Below are positions 26,001-39,551 of a DNA stretch of 64,000 nucleotides, piece after piece. Location of the stretch: assembly GCA_000320545.1 (NCBI GenBank), contig ADNK01003292.1, positions 1-64,000 of the forward strand, read 5' to 3'. The DNA comes from Bigelowiella natans CCMP2755. Its lineage: Eukaryota; Protista; Cercozoa. The first letter of the stretch is position 1. The number at the start of each line of letters is the position of its first letter. The translations under genes and the position numbers were made by a program. The notes below the pieces were generated by a model. The model was given only the letters and a program-made list of their open reading frames with translations, was not told where the DNA came from and did no database searches.

Positions 26001-29000
26001 TGTTATAATCGATGGGCTTGACTGCAAGTTTGTAGAGGGAGACACCGATGCAGCCAAAGCCGTTTTCGCCGCTTTCGACATGGTGCGCTCGCAAATTCCC
26101 TCTGAGCGCGACCCGAATGCAATAAAGACAGCTTTTGAACGCGTGGTATCTCCCCTACCCCATGGCGATGTAAAGTTGCCTGGCGAAGATGAAGGCATGG
26201 AGGAATCGGAAGGAAAGCGTAGGACAGCGAAACTCAATGTCTTCTTGCTAAGACCGAAATACCGTCAAATGAGGGAGATGCTGCAAGAACAGAAGAAAAC
26301 AATGACAGACGTAATAGCAGACGAAGGGAAACTTGATGGATTTGCCGAGCTTGACGATAAGGCGCTCAACAAGCTTCAGGGAGCAGAGAGGGAAGAATAC
26401 GACGAAAAGGTAAGGTTCAAAGCGGAAGTTGAAAGCGCAAAGAAATTCCTGTCCGAATTTGAGGAGATAGAATCGAAGGTTAGCCTTTTCTACAAGCACC
26501 CGGATGTCGAAGAGGGTCAAGATCACATACAGAGAAATCCTGGAGGGCCAGGCTTCCAAAAGCTGCTACTCACGATGAAGGAACTCGGACACGATGTGCC
26601 GCTATCGAGCCTTCAGTGGAATGTACCACGTGGTGCCAATGAAAACAAATACAAGCAAATGACCGCTGAGAGGCGTAAGACTCTTGACGATGGCCTGGTG
26701 AAGAAACTCACTTCCATTCGGGCTTCTCTTTTCGGCTCCCAAGAACAAAAAGGGCCTGCCACAATGGAAAGTCTGGTGTCGTGGGTCCGATTCAACAGAA
26801 TAAGGTATCAAAAGGGGCAGGATTCAAAGGCAGTGATAATGAAGCTCGCACACCATTTAAGGGAACCTTTCCCTGAACAAAAGAACACCGAGGGTATAGC
26901 ATTCCCCCCGGTGCTGCTGCAAGCTTACCGGCGCCCAGATTCCTCGCAACAGCTGCGCGGCAAAATCGAGAATTTCCGTATCACGCTGCACAACAGTGCC
27001 GGTGGGGCGGAGGACGGGAAAGATTCGGGTGGTGATGCAAAGGCTGCTGATGAAGAGGGAGAAGAGGGCAAGCGACCTAAGAGCTTCCGTTGGACTATTC
27101 CGGCCAATTCCTACATCGAGCTCGCTGTGGACTTCTCAAGCACGACTGCAGGCAAGTTCAACTCCCGGTTAGGTTTGATGGTAGTTGGAGATACGAGAGA
27201 ATACTCCCTGCTGTGCTCCGGGGTATGTGCGGTGCCTCAGATCTCCCAAGAACCTAGGAGCGTCTTCATGCGTCGCGCGAAAACGCAGCGCCCAACTTCC
27301 ATTCTGACCAAGCAGTATGTCATGGACGCTAAGTTCTTCCAATTTGGCCCTCTGTTGATCGGCAAAGACGCCAAGACGCGAAACTCGAATGACGAGGCCG
27401 TTATTGAGGCCCTGAGGAAGACCAACAGCGACACATTCAGAATTACCAACACAGGACTGTTTGACTGCCATGTTGACTTCTCAATTATGGGCCAGCTAGT
27501 CGATCAGACAACGGGCCAGAAAAACGCAGTAGGCGTTGACGCGCATACATTCATTGTAGAGCCGAAGGCACTAGACCTCAAAGTCGATGAGATGAAGGAA
27601 GTAACAGTTTGGGCTTTTCCTACCGAAGCGAAGGATTATAAAGACTCTCTACTGTGCTCTGTTCATGACAATCCTGTCCCGGTCGTATTTGACCTTGGAT
27701 GCGAAGGTTCCGCTCCAAAGCTTGAGCTTTCACTTGAAAAGGTGGAATTCTCGAGACTTCTCGTTGGCCAGGTCGACACGTTGCAGGTCGTGCTGAAGAA
27801 CCCAGCTAAACTTCCGATTAAATGGGAGATCAAAAAGCCGCAGGGCGAGGACGCCAAAGACTTTGAGAATTTCTTTGTGGTAAATCCCAGCCTGGGCGGA
27901 GTGATGCGACCCATGTCGAGCACCACCCTCATGATTGACTTCCAGGCCAAAGAGGAGAAGAAGGTGGAGCTCGAGCTGAACGTCGAGTACCAGGACGCAG
28001 AGGAGGTATTCGACATCGAGCGAAAGCCCCTGTTCCTTGTCGCCGAGGCGTTTGAAATGTCCGTGAAGCCTGAGTGGCCCGAGGGCAATGATGGCATTGA
28101 CTTCGGCACCATCAAGGTCAACCAACAGATGGTTCGAAACTTCTCGATATCCAACGAGGGGAAGTACCCTATTACATTCGACTTCCTCATTAACAATCGT
28201 AAAAAACGATTCTACAATGAGATTCTCAAGATTGAGCCCATGTCGGGACGCGTAGAGTCTGGCGAGAAGCAGGAATTCACTCTCAGCGCACAGGCGAAGA
28301 GGGAAGTCCACTTCAACAATTCATCGGACATCAAGCTGGTAGTGCTCGAGCCTGAGACCCAAGACAAGCAGCCAGCGCTGCCGATCAAAATGCATTTTAG
28401 GAGCGTCTTCAGTAAGTTTGCGATGCTTCCCAATCATGGTGTTGACTTCGGTCCTCTTGAGACAGGCACGGACTCAGAGAAGCAAATAGAGATCGAGAAT
28501 GATGGCGTTTTCGACTTCCAGTACCAGATATTCGAAGCCGGCTCTGATGGCGTTGAACCACTGCAAGAAGTATTTGATGAGAAGAACGCCCCGAACATTG
28601 AGGAGGGGGGAGAGTTGGAGCTCGGACCGTTCCTCATCACTGGCATCCGCGGTGTCGTCCCCGCAAAAGGCAAAAAGATTATCAAGGTACGCTTCAAGGC
28701 CGGAGAGATACGAGAGTACAACCGATCTTTGGAGATTGATATTTGCCAGCGAGATAAGCTTCAGTTCCCTCGTGTTCTATACGAGCTGATGGGTGAGGGC
28801 TGTTCTCCAGGAATAGTCGCCAGCAACTACGCCTCTATATTCGAGGAGCAGTCTGTCCTACGTCGGCTCGATCCTCTTCATCCTCTAACCAGCAATGCGT
28901 TCACGATAGAGGAGCCTGAGAGAGTGTTCCACTTCGCTCCCGTCGTCGCGAATGGGAAGAACCCTTCTCCCAAAGAGCGATTCCGCATCAGCAACCCCTA

Positions 29001-32000
29001 CAAGGTGCCTTGCAACGTGTCCATATCTGTCGAGATCAAGGGGGATGAGGGCGGCAAAGGCGATGAGAAGAAGGAACCTGCCTTCGTTGTCACCCCAGAA
29101 GCCCTGCACATTCCACCGCACGAGCACCGTTTTGCTACGGTACAATTTAATCCGCAAGGCCTTTCCACCTGCACTGCTGTCTTCACGGCAACAGTAGAAC
29201 GCGGGACCCACGAGCCCTCCAAATGCCTCACATTTGGCTTGACTGGAGAAGGAATTTTGCCCTCTATATCAGTGGAAGAGCCTACCGAGCGTGACAGTGA
29301 GACCTCAGCTGTTCTCCTGAATTTTTCCAGGATGCCACTGCTCAAGAATGATAAGAATACTAAGACCAAAACAATCGTTCTACGCAACGACATGACCGTG
29401 CTTGCAACAGCCCGTTTCGATATGGACGATACGACCCAATTCTCGTTCAGCGGGAGGGGTAAGCTCATCGATCTCAACCCTGGGGAGTCGGTGAAGCTCA
29501 CGGTAGATTACCACCCGTCTGAGGCCGGTGTCCACGACGTGAAAATTGCCATGAAAATCCTGCAAAATCCATTTGAAATGACGGCGTTTAGGCTGCTGGG
29601 CGAATGTTTCGAGCAGGATGTGACCTTGGAAGGCCTTGACATGTCCGAATCCAAGGGCGATGAGCTACAGTTTGGTGACGTAGTCATTGGAAAAACGGTC
29701 GTGAAGACCTTCAAGATGGCCAACACCTCCTCACTCGCTCATCGCTTCGAGTGGAAGGAGGACGATATTCCAGGGCAGTTTAAGTTCATTCCACGAATTG
29801 GTCATCTGCAACCCCAGGAGAGCAAGGAGATACGGGTTAGCTTCATGTCCGAAGAAACTAGTAAGTTGGAGGACCAAAAGGTGTCTTGCACAATCAAGAA
29901 GATCAAATACGTGGAGGAAGACGCTAAAGACGGCGAGGAAGAGAAACAAAATGAAAATAAAGAGGGGGCAGCTGAGAGCGCGAAGAAGACTGTCAATTGG
30001 GATGACACAATGGAGGCGGATGAGCCTAACTTCGAGGAGGTTGAAGACGAAAACAAAGATGCAGAAAATCCGGGTCTCGATTTAGTCATGCATGCAGTAG
30101 CGGATAATAGTCGCTACGAATTGGACGAGACCATCACCAAAATGCAAAATCGAATTACTTTTGCTCCGACCATGATGTTCCAGAAGCGCACATTCCGGTT
30201 CACCCTTAAGAACAAGTCCACGATAAGCATGCCATTCTCGTGGCGATTCGGCGAGACCGGCGACGAATTCAAGCCAGAGAGCTTTGTGTTCTCTGACGAG
30301 TCAAATATGGACGACGGCGAAGAAGGCAGTATGAATGCAGCCGAACCAAAGAGCCTGACCCTCTGGGAGATTCGTGGTGTGAAGGTTGACGACAGTAAAA
30401 CGTTTAAGATCACTCCCTCCAATGGGGTCATTGAACCCCTGCAGGACCAACTGTTTACTGTGCAGTTCTCGCCTATGAGGGCGTTGCATATGGAGAAGAT
30501 GCTAGGAGGATTCATCAAGCACCTAACCAGTGACCAAAAGCAGCCAGTAATCTCTTTCACTGCGACCGGATTGCGTCCCAAATGCCACTTCGAATTGGTT
30601 AATTCGGACTATCTCCAGGCCGGCAGGAGGCCTGCAGATATGCGCGATACGCAGGGAAGACTGGGTGCTCTTGACCCACTCCAATACCGTGTTCTTGAGT
30701 TCAAAAGCCTCGGAACGCAGGTGCGCAATACTCGCAAATTCTACGTAGTAAACCCAACGAATCAGGATTACAGCTTCCAGTGGGTTTTCGAAGGCGTATC
30801 GATGAAGGGCAGCGACGGGAAAACCGGGGCAATACCGAACCCATTCAGGTGCCTAACTTCTCAAGGTGTTGTTATGGCCGGTCGTAAGGCGGAGATCGTG
30901 TTCGAGTTCTTGCCTCAATTCGAGCAACTCACGGAAAGCTACTGGCAGTTCCGCATTCCTGAGCAAGACATATACGTTTCAATGTTGATCGTTGGCCAAG
31001 TGGTGGAGCCTGACGTGATTCTTGACCGCACGCACATAAACTTCCGCCACATGCTGCTGGGCGCACGTTCCAAGGAAACGTTGTATCTTATTAACAACGA
31101 GCACCTGCCGTTCAGCTATCAGATCAATTTTGAGCAGGAAAACAAATCGCGCCCTGTCCTGGATATTTCGCCTGCGAGTGGCGTGATACCGGCGGAATCT
31201 CGGATTCCCTTGTCGGTGGTGTTCAGGCCAAGAGCGGAGAAGGTCTATAACTTCAATGTCGAGTTTGACATCAAGAAGAAGCCAGGGAAAGTGTCGCTCA
31301 ACGTGAAGGGCCAAGGTTTCCGGATCCTTTCGCTTCTGGAGTACCAAGAGGCAGACCCATCGGGCTTAAATGTCGCTCGGAAGATTATGGAGCCTGATAT
31401 GGTGAATCGGTTAGATTTTGGAGTGAGCTACGTCTGTGAGACCCGGGTCAAGCGTCTTTCTTTGACAAACGCCGGCCAATTCCCCTTCGATTTTGAATGG
31501 TCCTTAGGAAACAGTAGATTCCTGGCTGCGAAGCCGCCGAGAGGTAAGCTGCAGAAGGGCGATACAGCAACAGTAGATCTCATCTTTCACTCAGAGAGGG
31601 AGGTGTCATTCAATGAGCTTCCGATATATCTCAATATTGGGCCGCAACGCTACACTGTTAGCCTGAGCGGTCGTGCAAAGAAGCCACGGCTACACTTCTC
31701 ATTCCAACGATGGAGCTTCGGGCCTTGCTTTCTCTCACGGGAGGGAGTGCCCAGTGCTTCACACGAACTGACGGTTGTAAACAACGAAGTGACGAACATA
31801 GAACTGGATTGCAACTTCCAATCTCAACCACATCTCACGATAGAGCATCAGGCGACGGTTCTGGCACCTGGAGAGTCGATTCAGTACCCCATTAAATTCT
31901 TCCCTCAGGAGATTCGCAAGTACCGCGACGAGGTGCTCTTCGAGGTTAATGGTTCGTATAAGGTCCCTGTCATCATTGCCGGAGAGGGTGTTCCTATTCG

Positions 32001-33653
32001 CCTAGCCTTGCTCAAGGAGTCGGATAAATTGGTCAATCTCGGGGAGATTCGCAGCGGGCAGCAAAGCGTACGCATCATACAGTTGGCCAACTTGAGCCGT
32101 ATTGCAGCCAGATTCAAACTCACTGTCCCAGAGGCTGTTATCAGTAGGATCAAGAAACTCCACGGAATTTCGGATGATAAGAAGGACGCCAATTCGGAGA
32201 TGAGATTGGCAACAATTATGGAAGATCCCCTCTCCAGTCGCCTTGACGAGTTCTGCGTGCGGTATCAGCCCACGTCGTTCGTGACTTTGAGACCAAAGCA
32301 GAACGTAAGATTCGAGTTTATATTCAACCCCGACCGTCCCATGCCGAAGTTCAGAGAGGACGTTCTGATCGACGTCGTAGGCCAGACGCCGCAGAAGCTC
32401 CTCACTCTCGCCGGGGCGTGCTTTGGTATTGGAGCACGCTTAGATACCAACTCAGTGCCCTTCGGCCCCATTGTCGAAGGAACGAAGCTCGTGAAAACTG
32501 TTCTGTTAGAAAACATCGGAGAAGCTGGTATCAGGTACTCGTGGCAAACGGGGTCGATCAAGCCTAACTTCACCATTAAGCCCGAGGACGGATTTGTTCC
32601 ACCAAAAGAGCGTGTGAGCATTGAAGTCACTTTCCATCCTGTCGCTCTGGACAACGACATTCGCGTGGATAAGGTGCCGTGCTTGATTGACAAGCAAATC
32701 CATCCCAACATGAACATCACGTTGACCGGAGCCTGCGTGGTGGCAAAGAGCTCGTCCGAGAAGCTTTTGTTCAGCTGTCCCGTGCGCCAGCCACAGAAGA
32801 AGACCGTGTCTGTGCAAAACACCACTCCCAACGATTGGGATGATCTCAAGGTGCAGATCAATAACCCTTACTGGTACGGAAAGAAGGAAATTAAGGTTCC
32901 CGCCAAGTCAGAGGTCAAGTACGATATTTGGTACAAGCCGCTCTCCATGACCGCAGCAGAGGGTGGGGGGGGTAACGCTCCACCTGCGGATGTGAAAGAT
33001 GGAGGTGCGGCGTCGTCGTCATCCGAATTTAAGCGGCCTGACAAGCACAGGGGGAAGCTGTTCTTTGCCCTTCCGAACGGTAAAGCGATTCTGTATGAGC
33101 TCGAAGGTACAGCTTCTGAGGCGTCTCCTGAGAAGAAAATAGAAGTCAAGTGCAAGTGCAAGCGCACGGAGATGCAAGGATTGCTGGTCAACAACTGGCT
33201 CAACACGCACCAGGGCTTTGACGTGAAGATCGACGTTGGCGGAGATGACAAGTCCGTTCAGGTTACGGGGCCTAAGTCATTAGACGTGCCTGAGATGTCG
33301 AGCCGAGAGTATAAACTCAAGTTCTTTGCCTACAGAGCTGGGACAACAAACGTGTCTGTGACCTTCACGAATCCAAAGACGAAGGAGAACGTCAGGTATG
33401 AGCTCGAATTCGTCGCCGGGGATGTGCAGGAAAAAGTGCTGCCATTGCTGGAAACGTGTGTCCGGAGAAGGAAAGTCATCGGCGAGGAGATATATAACCC
33501 TCTCGACGAGCAAGTGACGGTTTCGTCGTTCTCGTGTGAAGATCCTGGGGTAATATATTAATTATGAAAACAAATATTTATTGATTCTTCATCGCAATCA
33601 ACACTAAATTTTATCGCCTTGATCTAATCTATCTGTTACCGTATTCCCCCCTC

Positions 33654-33696
<43 letters not shown>

Positions 33697-33822
33697 TTCG
33701 TGCTCGCAGATCTTTGTGCAAACACCCATCGTCGTGCCTCCTAAAGGGTCCTCAAGAATCAAGATCGTATATAACCCATTGGTGGTGTCAGCTCGCAAGG
33801 ATGGCGTGGTAGTAAGCCCTAG

Positions 33823-33869
<47 letters not shown>

Positions 33870-33876
33870 CCCTATC

Positions 33877-33913
<37 letters not shown>

Positions 33914-34826
33914 TTCTAATACCATTCTGCCCAATTTGTCAGAAATTGTCAGTTGCAAGCGAGCAGCTGGGAGAGTTCGTTTATAGCCTCTCCTTGAGTG
34001 CGACGGAAGCTGGCACGGACACTACCATGCGCTTCACGACTGATCTTGGAAGTCAAGCAATCCAGACGTATCACTTCCGCAGTTTCGCTACAGAGGTACT
34101 ATTAATTTTGCGCACGTTGATGATGTTGAGGGGGTTAGGGGGACGCGATGCCCAACGCGAAGTGGTTGAATATTTGCCTAAAAAAATCATCATCGCCATC
34201 ATTGATGTTTTCAAACTTCAGGCCGCTGATGCGGAATACGAGTGCGAGATCAAAGGTTCCGAGTTCACTGTGCCGACCACAGTTACCGCCAAAGTGGTTG
34301 CTGCGGGCTCGGATGGAGCCGACACCGCTGTAGATGTGTGCTATGAACCTTCGAATATGGGCGGAGTAAGGGACACTCTTGTGATCAAGTCCAAAGGCAA
34401 AGCCGGCATGTTCCAGGTAGCACTCATTGGAAAGTGCGATAAGCCAAAGCGCAAAGGACCTGTGGAGGTCAAGGCAGGAAGCTCGGCTACGATCGAATTC
34501 AAAAATGTTCTTAGCGAAGATGCGGAGTACACGTTCTCCATTAACAACCCTGCATTCACTCTTGGATCCACAACTGCCAAGGTATTATTCGTAACGTGCT
34601 GATAGCATGGTGTGCGGAGTAGTTTCAATCCTTAGCATCCGTAGTTGCTCCCTCATCGAAGACCTCACGATGATTCTGTTCTCAGATTGCAAAGAAGGAT
34701 AAATGCAAGATTTCAATATCATATTCACCGTCCGAGGATAGCCCCGGATTTGACGTTGGAAACCTGCTAATTGTGTGTAAGAAAATGAAACATCCTTGGA
34801 TATATTACGTTCGCGGCAGCAAATGA
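18742..34826 (+). CDS. HYDIN: Hydin, axonemal central-pair protein, ~4,850 aa. Short 5' exons, a 1.56-kb exon (20283-21846), an 11.5-kb exon (22024-33549) and four 3' exons
   Basis: Tandem ASH/PapD-like repeats (LDFGxV...NxG...F...P..G.I.P), central adenylate-kinase-like P-loop GGPKAGKT with a charged region, FQFGPLLIGK, RPKCHFELVNSDYL, C-terminal WIYYVRGSK*. Confidence 0.95.
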
Positions 34827-35100
34827 TGTTTTTTTAATGTCAAAACTAGTTTGTAATTTCAGCAGTAATCAATGCTAATTTTACGATTTACTATGACATG
34901 ATGATGATTCAACTGGAGCTGGCACCGTAACTTATGAAACAAAGATGCCATCGTCCAGTTGTTCATCTAGCCATCGCAACTCCATGGAAGCGCCACAAGT
35001 AATGTTAGCTGCACGCTGAATATGAGAATCTAAATACCTGCGCGCAGAACAAGTTGAGCGCATACTAGCATGTGCCGTCTGTGGACGCGCCGCCATGTAT

Positions 35101-35475
35101 GCGACAGATGTATTGATTAATTTAGATTTCATCAGTAGTCATCCTACGACTCATACTTTCCTGCGCGCTGCGCACGTATCATGTACTATGATATCCTAGA
35201 TTGTCTCTACTATGTACTACAACACGTAATGCAAGCAGCCGTCATCCATCTAGCTTGCGTATGAGACGGATGTAATGAAATGTTTAAATTGTTTCAATGG
35301 TCATCCTAATGCGTAGCTGTGCAATGCAGCGGCTTGCGTATGCATTCATCTTCAGCGCTTTGGCCATGATAGATGCATGGCAGCTCCTGCACGACTGTGC
35401 TTTATTTGTAATAATTTACATAGCTTGATGACTAATGAAAAAATTTAATCACTTCACATCATGCATATCCGCCTC
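35101..35475. repeat. Copies of the ~70-bp element: degenerate 35101-35147 (+), near-consensus 35263-35334 (+), partial 35427-35475 (-)
   Basis: 35263-35334 is nearly identical to 7270-7337. Confidence 0.8.
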
Positions 35476-36837
35476 TTTGTATGGCTTGCTAGACTGCCGA
35501 TCGAAGATGTACATTTGTCACATGTGGCAAAGCGTCGCATTGGCCCCTGCTACCTGCTACATGCTGACTTAACATCCGTGCATGCAATGTGCAGCGCTGT
35601 TGCGGCATCGCATCGCAGGCACCTGGTGCTGCACTCCCCCTGCTCGGCTGTTTAGTATGCATGTAGCAGGTAGCAGGGGCCGCGCCGTGCACGCGCGCAC
35701 AGACAAAGGATTCGCTATCAGAAGCTAGCTAGCGAAGTGAAGCTGCAGAATCTGACACAATGCAGCACGAGGGAATCACGAAAGTTGAAATTTCCTCACC
35801 ATGCAGTCGAGGTAGTCTTCTTCCTCACGGGAGCGGTGCAGACTCTTGACGCATCTTTGAAATGTGCAACGCATTGCAATGAACTTTTCAACGCACATTG
35901 AAAACAGGCTTTCTAGCTTTCACCATGCTGATGTGCATCACCTCATCAGCACATGCTGGCATGCATGTTGAGAACAAGGTGTGGAAACTGCACATTCCAG
36001 CACGTTCGTCTAGTTCGTGCGTGCGCACGCTGGCACGCGCCACATGCCAGCATGGCCTCAAATGGCCACATGGATGCGAACACACCCTCCTTTGCATGCT
36101 CTTGCGCGCTTTCTTGACCTCTCTAGCTCCACTGTTGTCCTTGCGCCCGTCTCACATGTGAAGATGGTTTGGAAGCGAAGCTGAACCATCGATCATCAAC
36201 TGTCCTCATTGAAAACCATCATCATTGTCATCTTCATCATCATCGTGAGCTGGCACGCAATTGGAGTTTGCGTGGACTTCATCCCACCACGCCAGCATGT
36301 GGGCCTGAAGCGAAGAAGAAGAAAAAGAAGTTGAGAGGGGCAGAGATGGCATTGACGAATCATGGTTTGCCCTGCAGCAAGCCAGCAAACAATGAAAGAA
36401 TGACAATGAACTGCATCTCCAAAGTGTTGCAAGACACTTGCAGTGCACGAAACGCAGTGGCCTCGAACTAGCTTCAGTCGAGGTCAAACGCACTGGTGAA
36501 ACCAGCAGGATTTCAAATGAACAATGAACAATGACGCTCTGACCCTGGGTTGGAGTCTGTTCCTCCATCGGTTGTCACCTCTTTCGATGCTGTCGTTCCA
36601 GCAAGATTCCATTTTCACCATTGTCGCCTTGGGTGAGGAGGGTGCGACAACAGATTTTGTCAGATTTTCTCTAGTTTCCAATTTTCCTTCAATTTCTTGG
36701 GAATTCCCCCTTCAATTTGATGAAAATGGCACTTGGCGAACACCAGGAATGGCAACGTCGGAAACAACCAACCCCATCTTCGCTGAATTTTTCACCTTCG
36801 CGCTGTGGAAATCTGCACCCTCGCCGCCCACGAAAGA

Positions 36838-38382
36838 ATGGAGAACGACGAGCAGTTTGAGAACGTGCCTCCGCACTTCGTGTGCCCCATCACCCAGGAA
36901 ATCGTGAAGAACCCAAACGTGAATGAGGTGGGGCAGACTCACGAATGCGAGAGCATCGTGGAGTGGTTTGCAATGGGGCACCGAACCGATCCTTTGACGA
37001 GAAAGGAGATCAAGAACGTGCGATTGCTCACACCGAACCAGGTCCTGAAGGCACAGATGTTGGAGTGGAAGCAAAGCTGCCCGCAGGAAAGACTTGCTGA
37101 GTTGGAAAAGAAGAGAAAAGTGAGGGAGCGAGATGACTGCAAGCTTGCGTGCGAAACACGTTTCAAACTTGACCAGAAAACCGTCAGCGGCAACAGCAGC
37201 AAAAGCGAAGAGCCTGTGCCCATCAACAACTCTTCACTTGCAGCAGGTGAGGATGTGAAAGCGGACGATCTGCCCCCAAATTCCGAAGATTGGTCGACTG
37301 CTCAATCAGCAGCTTTCATGCGAACGCTGGGGAAGGGCGCCGCCTGGGAGCGATGTGCCAAATTGTGCATGGATGAGGACCTCGACGGCTCAACTCCAGT
37401 CGATGCAAAAGCAGAGACTCTGCAGGAAGTGGGACTTGGCAAAGTTCATTCCGAAAAGATCTTGAGAGAGATCAACAAAGCAGCAAGTCGACAGGTGCAG
37501 GCTGCGGTCGCAGGCATCTCGATTCCACTTCTTGAGAAAGATCCAAAGCGAATGGAACTGTTTGGCGCGCAAGACAAAGTTCTCAACGACTGCGAGGCCA
37601 AAATCCAAAATGCACTCACTGAATTCCTTCAAGAAAGCGAAACAGAGAAGTTGCAGTTGGAAGCTGAACTCACGAAAGTCAGAGAACACGTGGAACGTGT
37701 GACAACGTCCACGCTAGCCGCGAGGGCATCAGCAAAGAAAACAATTGTGGAAGATTTGCAAGAAGCATTGTCCAAAGTTCAGAATCCAAAGAAAGAGTTC
37801 AAAAGAACAGGCGTCATTCTCAACACACAAGTCTCAAATCCAAACATCTCAGACTGCACAGATTTGGAGCACAAGCGAACCGAACGAACGAAACAAATCA
37901 TGTCGTCGACCCAAACAGTGCTGGAGAGGACTGTGCCACACGTCACGGAGGCGCCAATGCTGAGAATCGAAAGCAATGCCCTTTGCAAGCAGCCAATGGC
38001 TTCTCCATCATTTGCGGTTGCAACGTCTGAAACAACCTTTGAGCCGAGGTGCACTCCAGAATCAAAGGAACGTGAGCGAATTCGAATGGAAGAAGAACAA
38101 AGAAGGAGGGAAGAACAAAGAAGGAGAGAAGAACAAAGAAGGAGGGAAGAACAAAGAAGAAGAGAAGAACAAAAAAGAAGAGAGGAAGAAGAGAAAAAGC
38201 AACAAGAAAAACTCTGCCGCGAGGGAAGACGCGCCAAAAATCATCCACAACGGCACACTGGAGTGTGGTTCTGTCAACCAATGACTCAACCAATCTCACA
38301 CAGGGATGGATGCATTCAAATTTTGTGTCACTTTCAAATCAACATCTGCAGAACAATGTGTACTACTCAAAATGTCGTTTGA
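36838..38382 (+). pseudogene. U-box + SAM + coiled-coil (EEQRRR repeats) ORF, intronless and hypermutated; probably an inactivated duplicate or mobile cargo
   Basis: U-box PPHFVCPITQEIVKNP...GQTHECESIVEWF...TDPLTRKE...LTPNQVLKAQMLEW. SAM DWSTAQSAAFMRTLG...RCAKLCMDEDLDGSTPVD...LQEVGLGKVHSEKIL. No Tyr in 525 codons. Confidence 0.75.
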
Positions 38383-38921
38383 GTGTGGAACCTGATGGTT
38401 GTTGGTGAATGTGTGTTGTGTTACTTTGGTTTTGATCATCAACCCATGGGTGTTGCTGCTTTGATTTGGCTTCATCTGGTTTTGCTGCTTTGGCGTTCAC
38501 GGCTTAGCCTGTAAGTGTCCGATTAGATGAGACATTTGATGTTTGTCATTGTTTGATTCTAGACAACAATCGTTTGTAGCATGTGTGAGTCACAGTACGA
38601 TGGTACGTCTCGAACATTGAGTGATAGCAAATCTTTTGTTTCTGTCATTGGATGTGTGTGGTGTGAGTTGCATGGAGAGATTCAGTGATGTCGTTTGTTT
38701 GAGTGCGGAACCTGATGGTTGTTGGTGAATGTGTGTTGTGTTACTTTGGCTTTGATCATTAACCCATGGGTGTTGCTGCTTTGATTTGGCTTTATCTGGT
38801 TTTGCTGCTTTGGCGTTCACGTCTTAGTTTGTGAGTACCCGATTAGATGAGATATTTGATATTTGTTATTGTTTGATTCTAGATAACAATCGTTTGTAGC
38901 ACGTATACGTCACAGTACGAT
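38377..38921 (+). repeat. 225-bp ungapped direct duplication (38377-38601 / 38697-38921)
   Basis: Offset 320 bp. 18 mismatches by manual alignment: 16 transitions, 10 of them TA<->TG/CA. Confidence 0.95.
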
Positions 38922-39551
38922 AGGAAGTGTGGAATGTTGTTAAATGCAGTTTGGGTGTTTTTGCATTGGAAGGGCTCTTGTTGAGCAAAGGTTCACGATC
39001 CGGGAGTTGGTCTGCTGAGCAGGGGACAACAATTGAAATTTTCCGCTCGGTGCCCTGCTGGTTTCAGCCAACTCACACAATTTCTAGTCGATGGTCGAAG
39101 TTTGTGCAATGCATGCTAGATCACGTGGCACCAGAAAGAGGTGAACAAAGACAGCAATCCGACAGAAGTTTCACTTCCGATTCAAAAGGTAGCAATCACA
39201 TGGATTCATTTGCTGAATGAAAAAGTCTTCATGGTCAACTGCTCTCTTTTTCGAGATGGAGCAACTTGTTTGCATTTGCGCAGCTGTGCACCAGTGCACG
39301 TGTTCATCTGCCAATGCAACCTTTGCGGCTCCATTTGTGTGCTTATCTGATTAGCGCATGTGTGTTCATTGCTCAGTTCACAATGTGTGAATGCATTTGG
39401 CACACCTGTTCTCCATGTTGGTGTGCACATTGCACACATGGTGCATGTTTGCACATGTGAACACGTGAAACCAATTGATTGAAAGCTGTGACGAATGAAA
39501 ACGATGACGAGACGAAACGTCTGACTGAAGGCTGAAAATGCATGCATGATC

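Noticed and set aside
35821-38360. Deamination of ApT-context 6mA, or ADAR editing of a retrocopy
   Set aside because: AT dinucleotides remain abundant, both strands are affected, and TAG (the ADAR-preferred context) is the best-preserved context. Disfavoured rather than formally excluded.
36838-38382. Alternative genetic code or codon bias explaining the lack of Tyr
   Set aside because: Neighbouring genes use TAT/TAC normally, and TA is absent in all three codon phases and in non-coding flanks.
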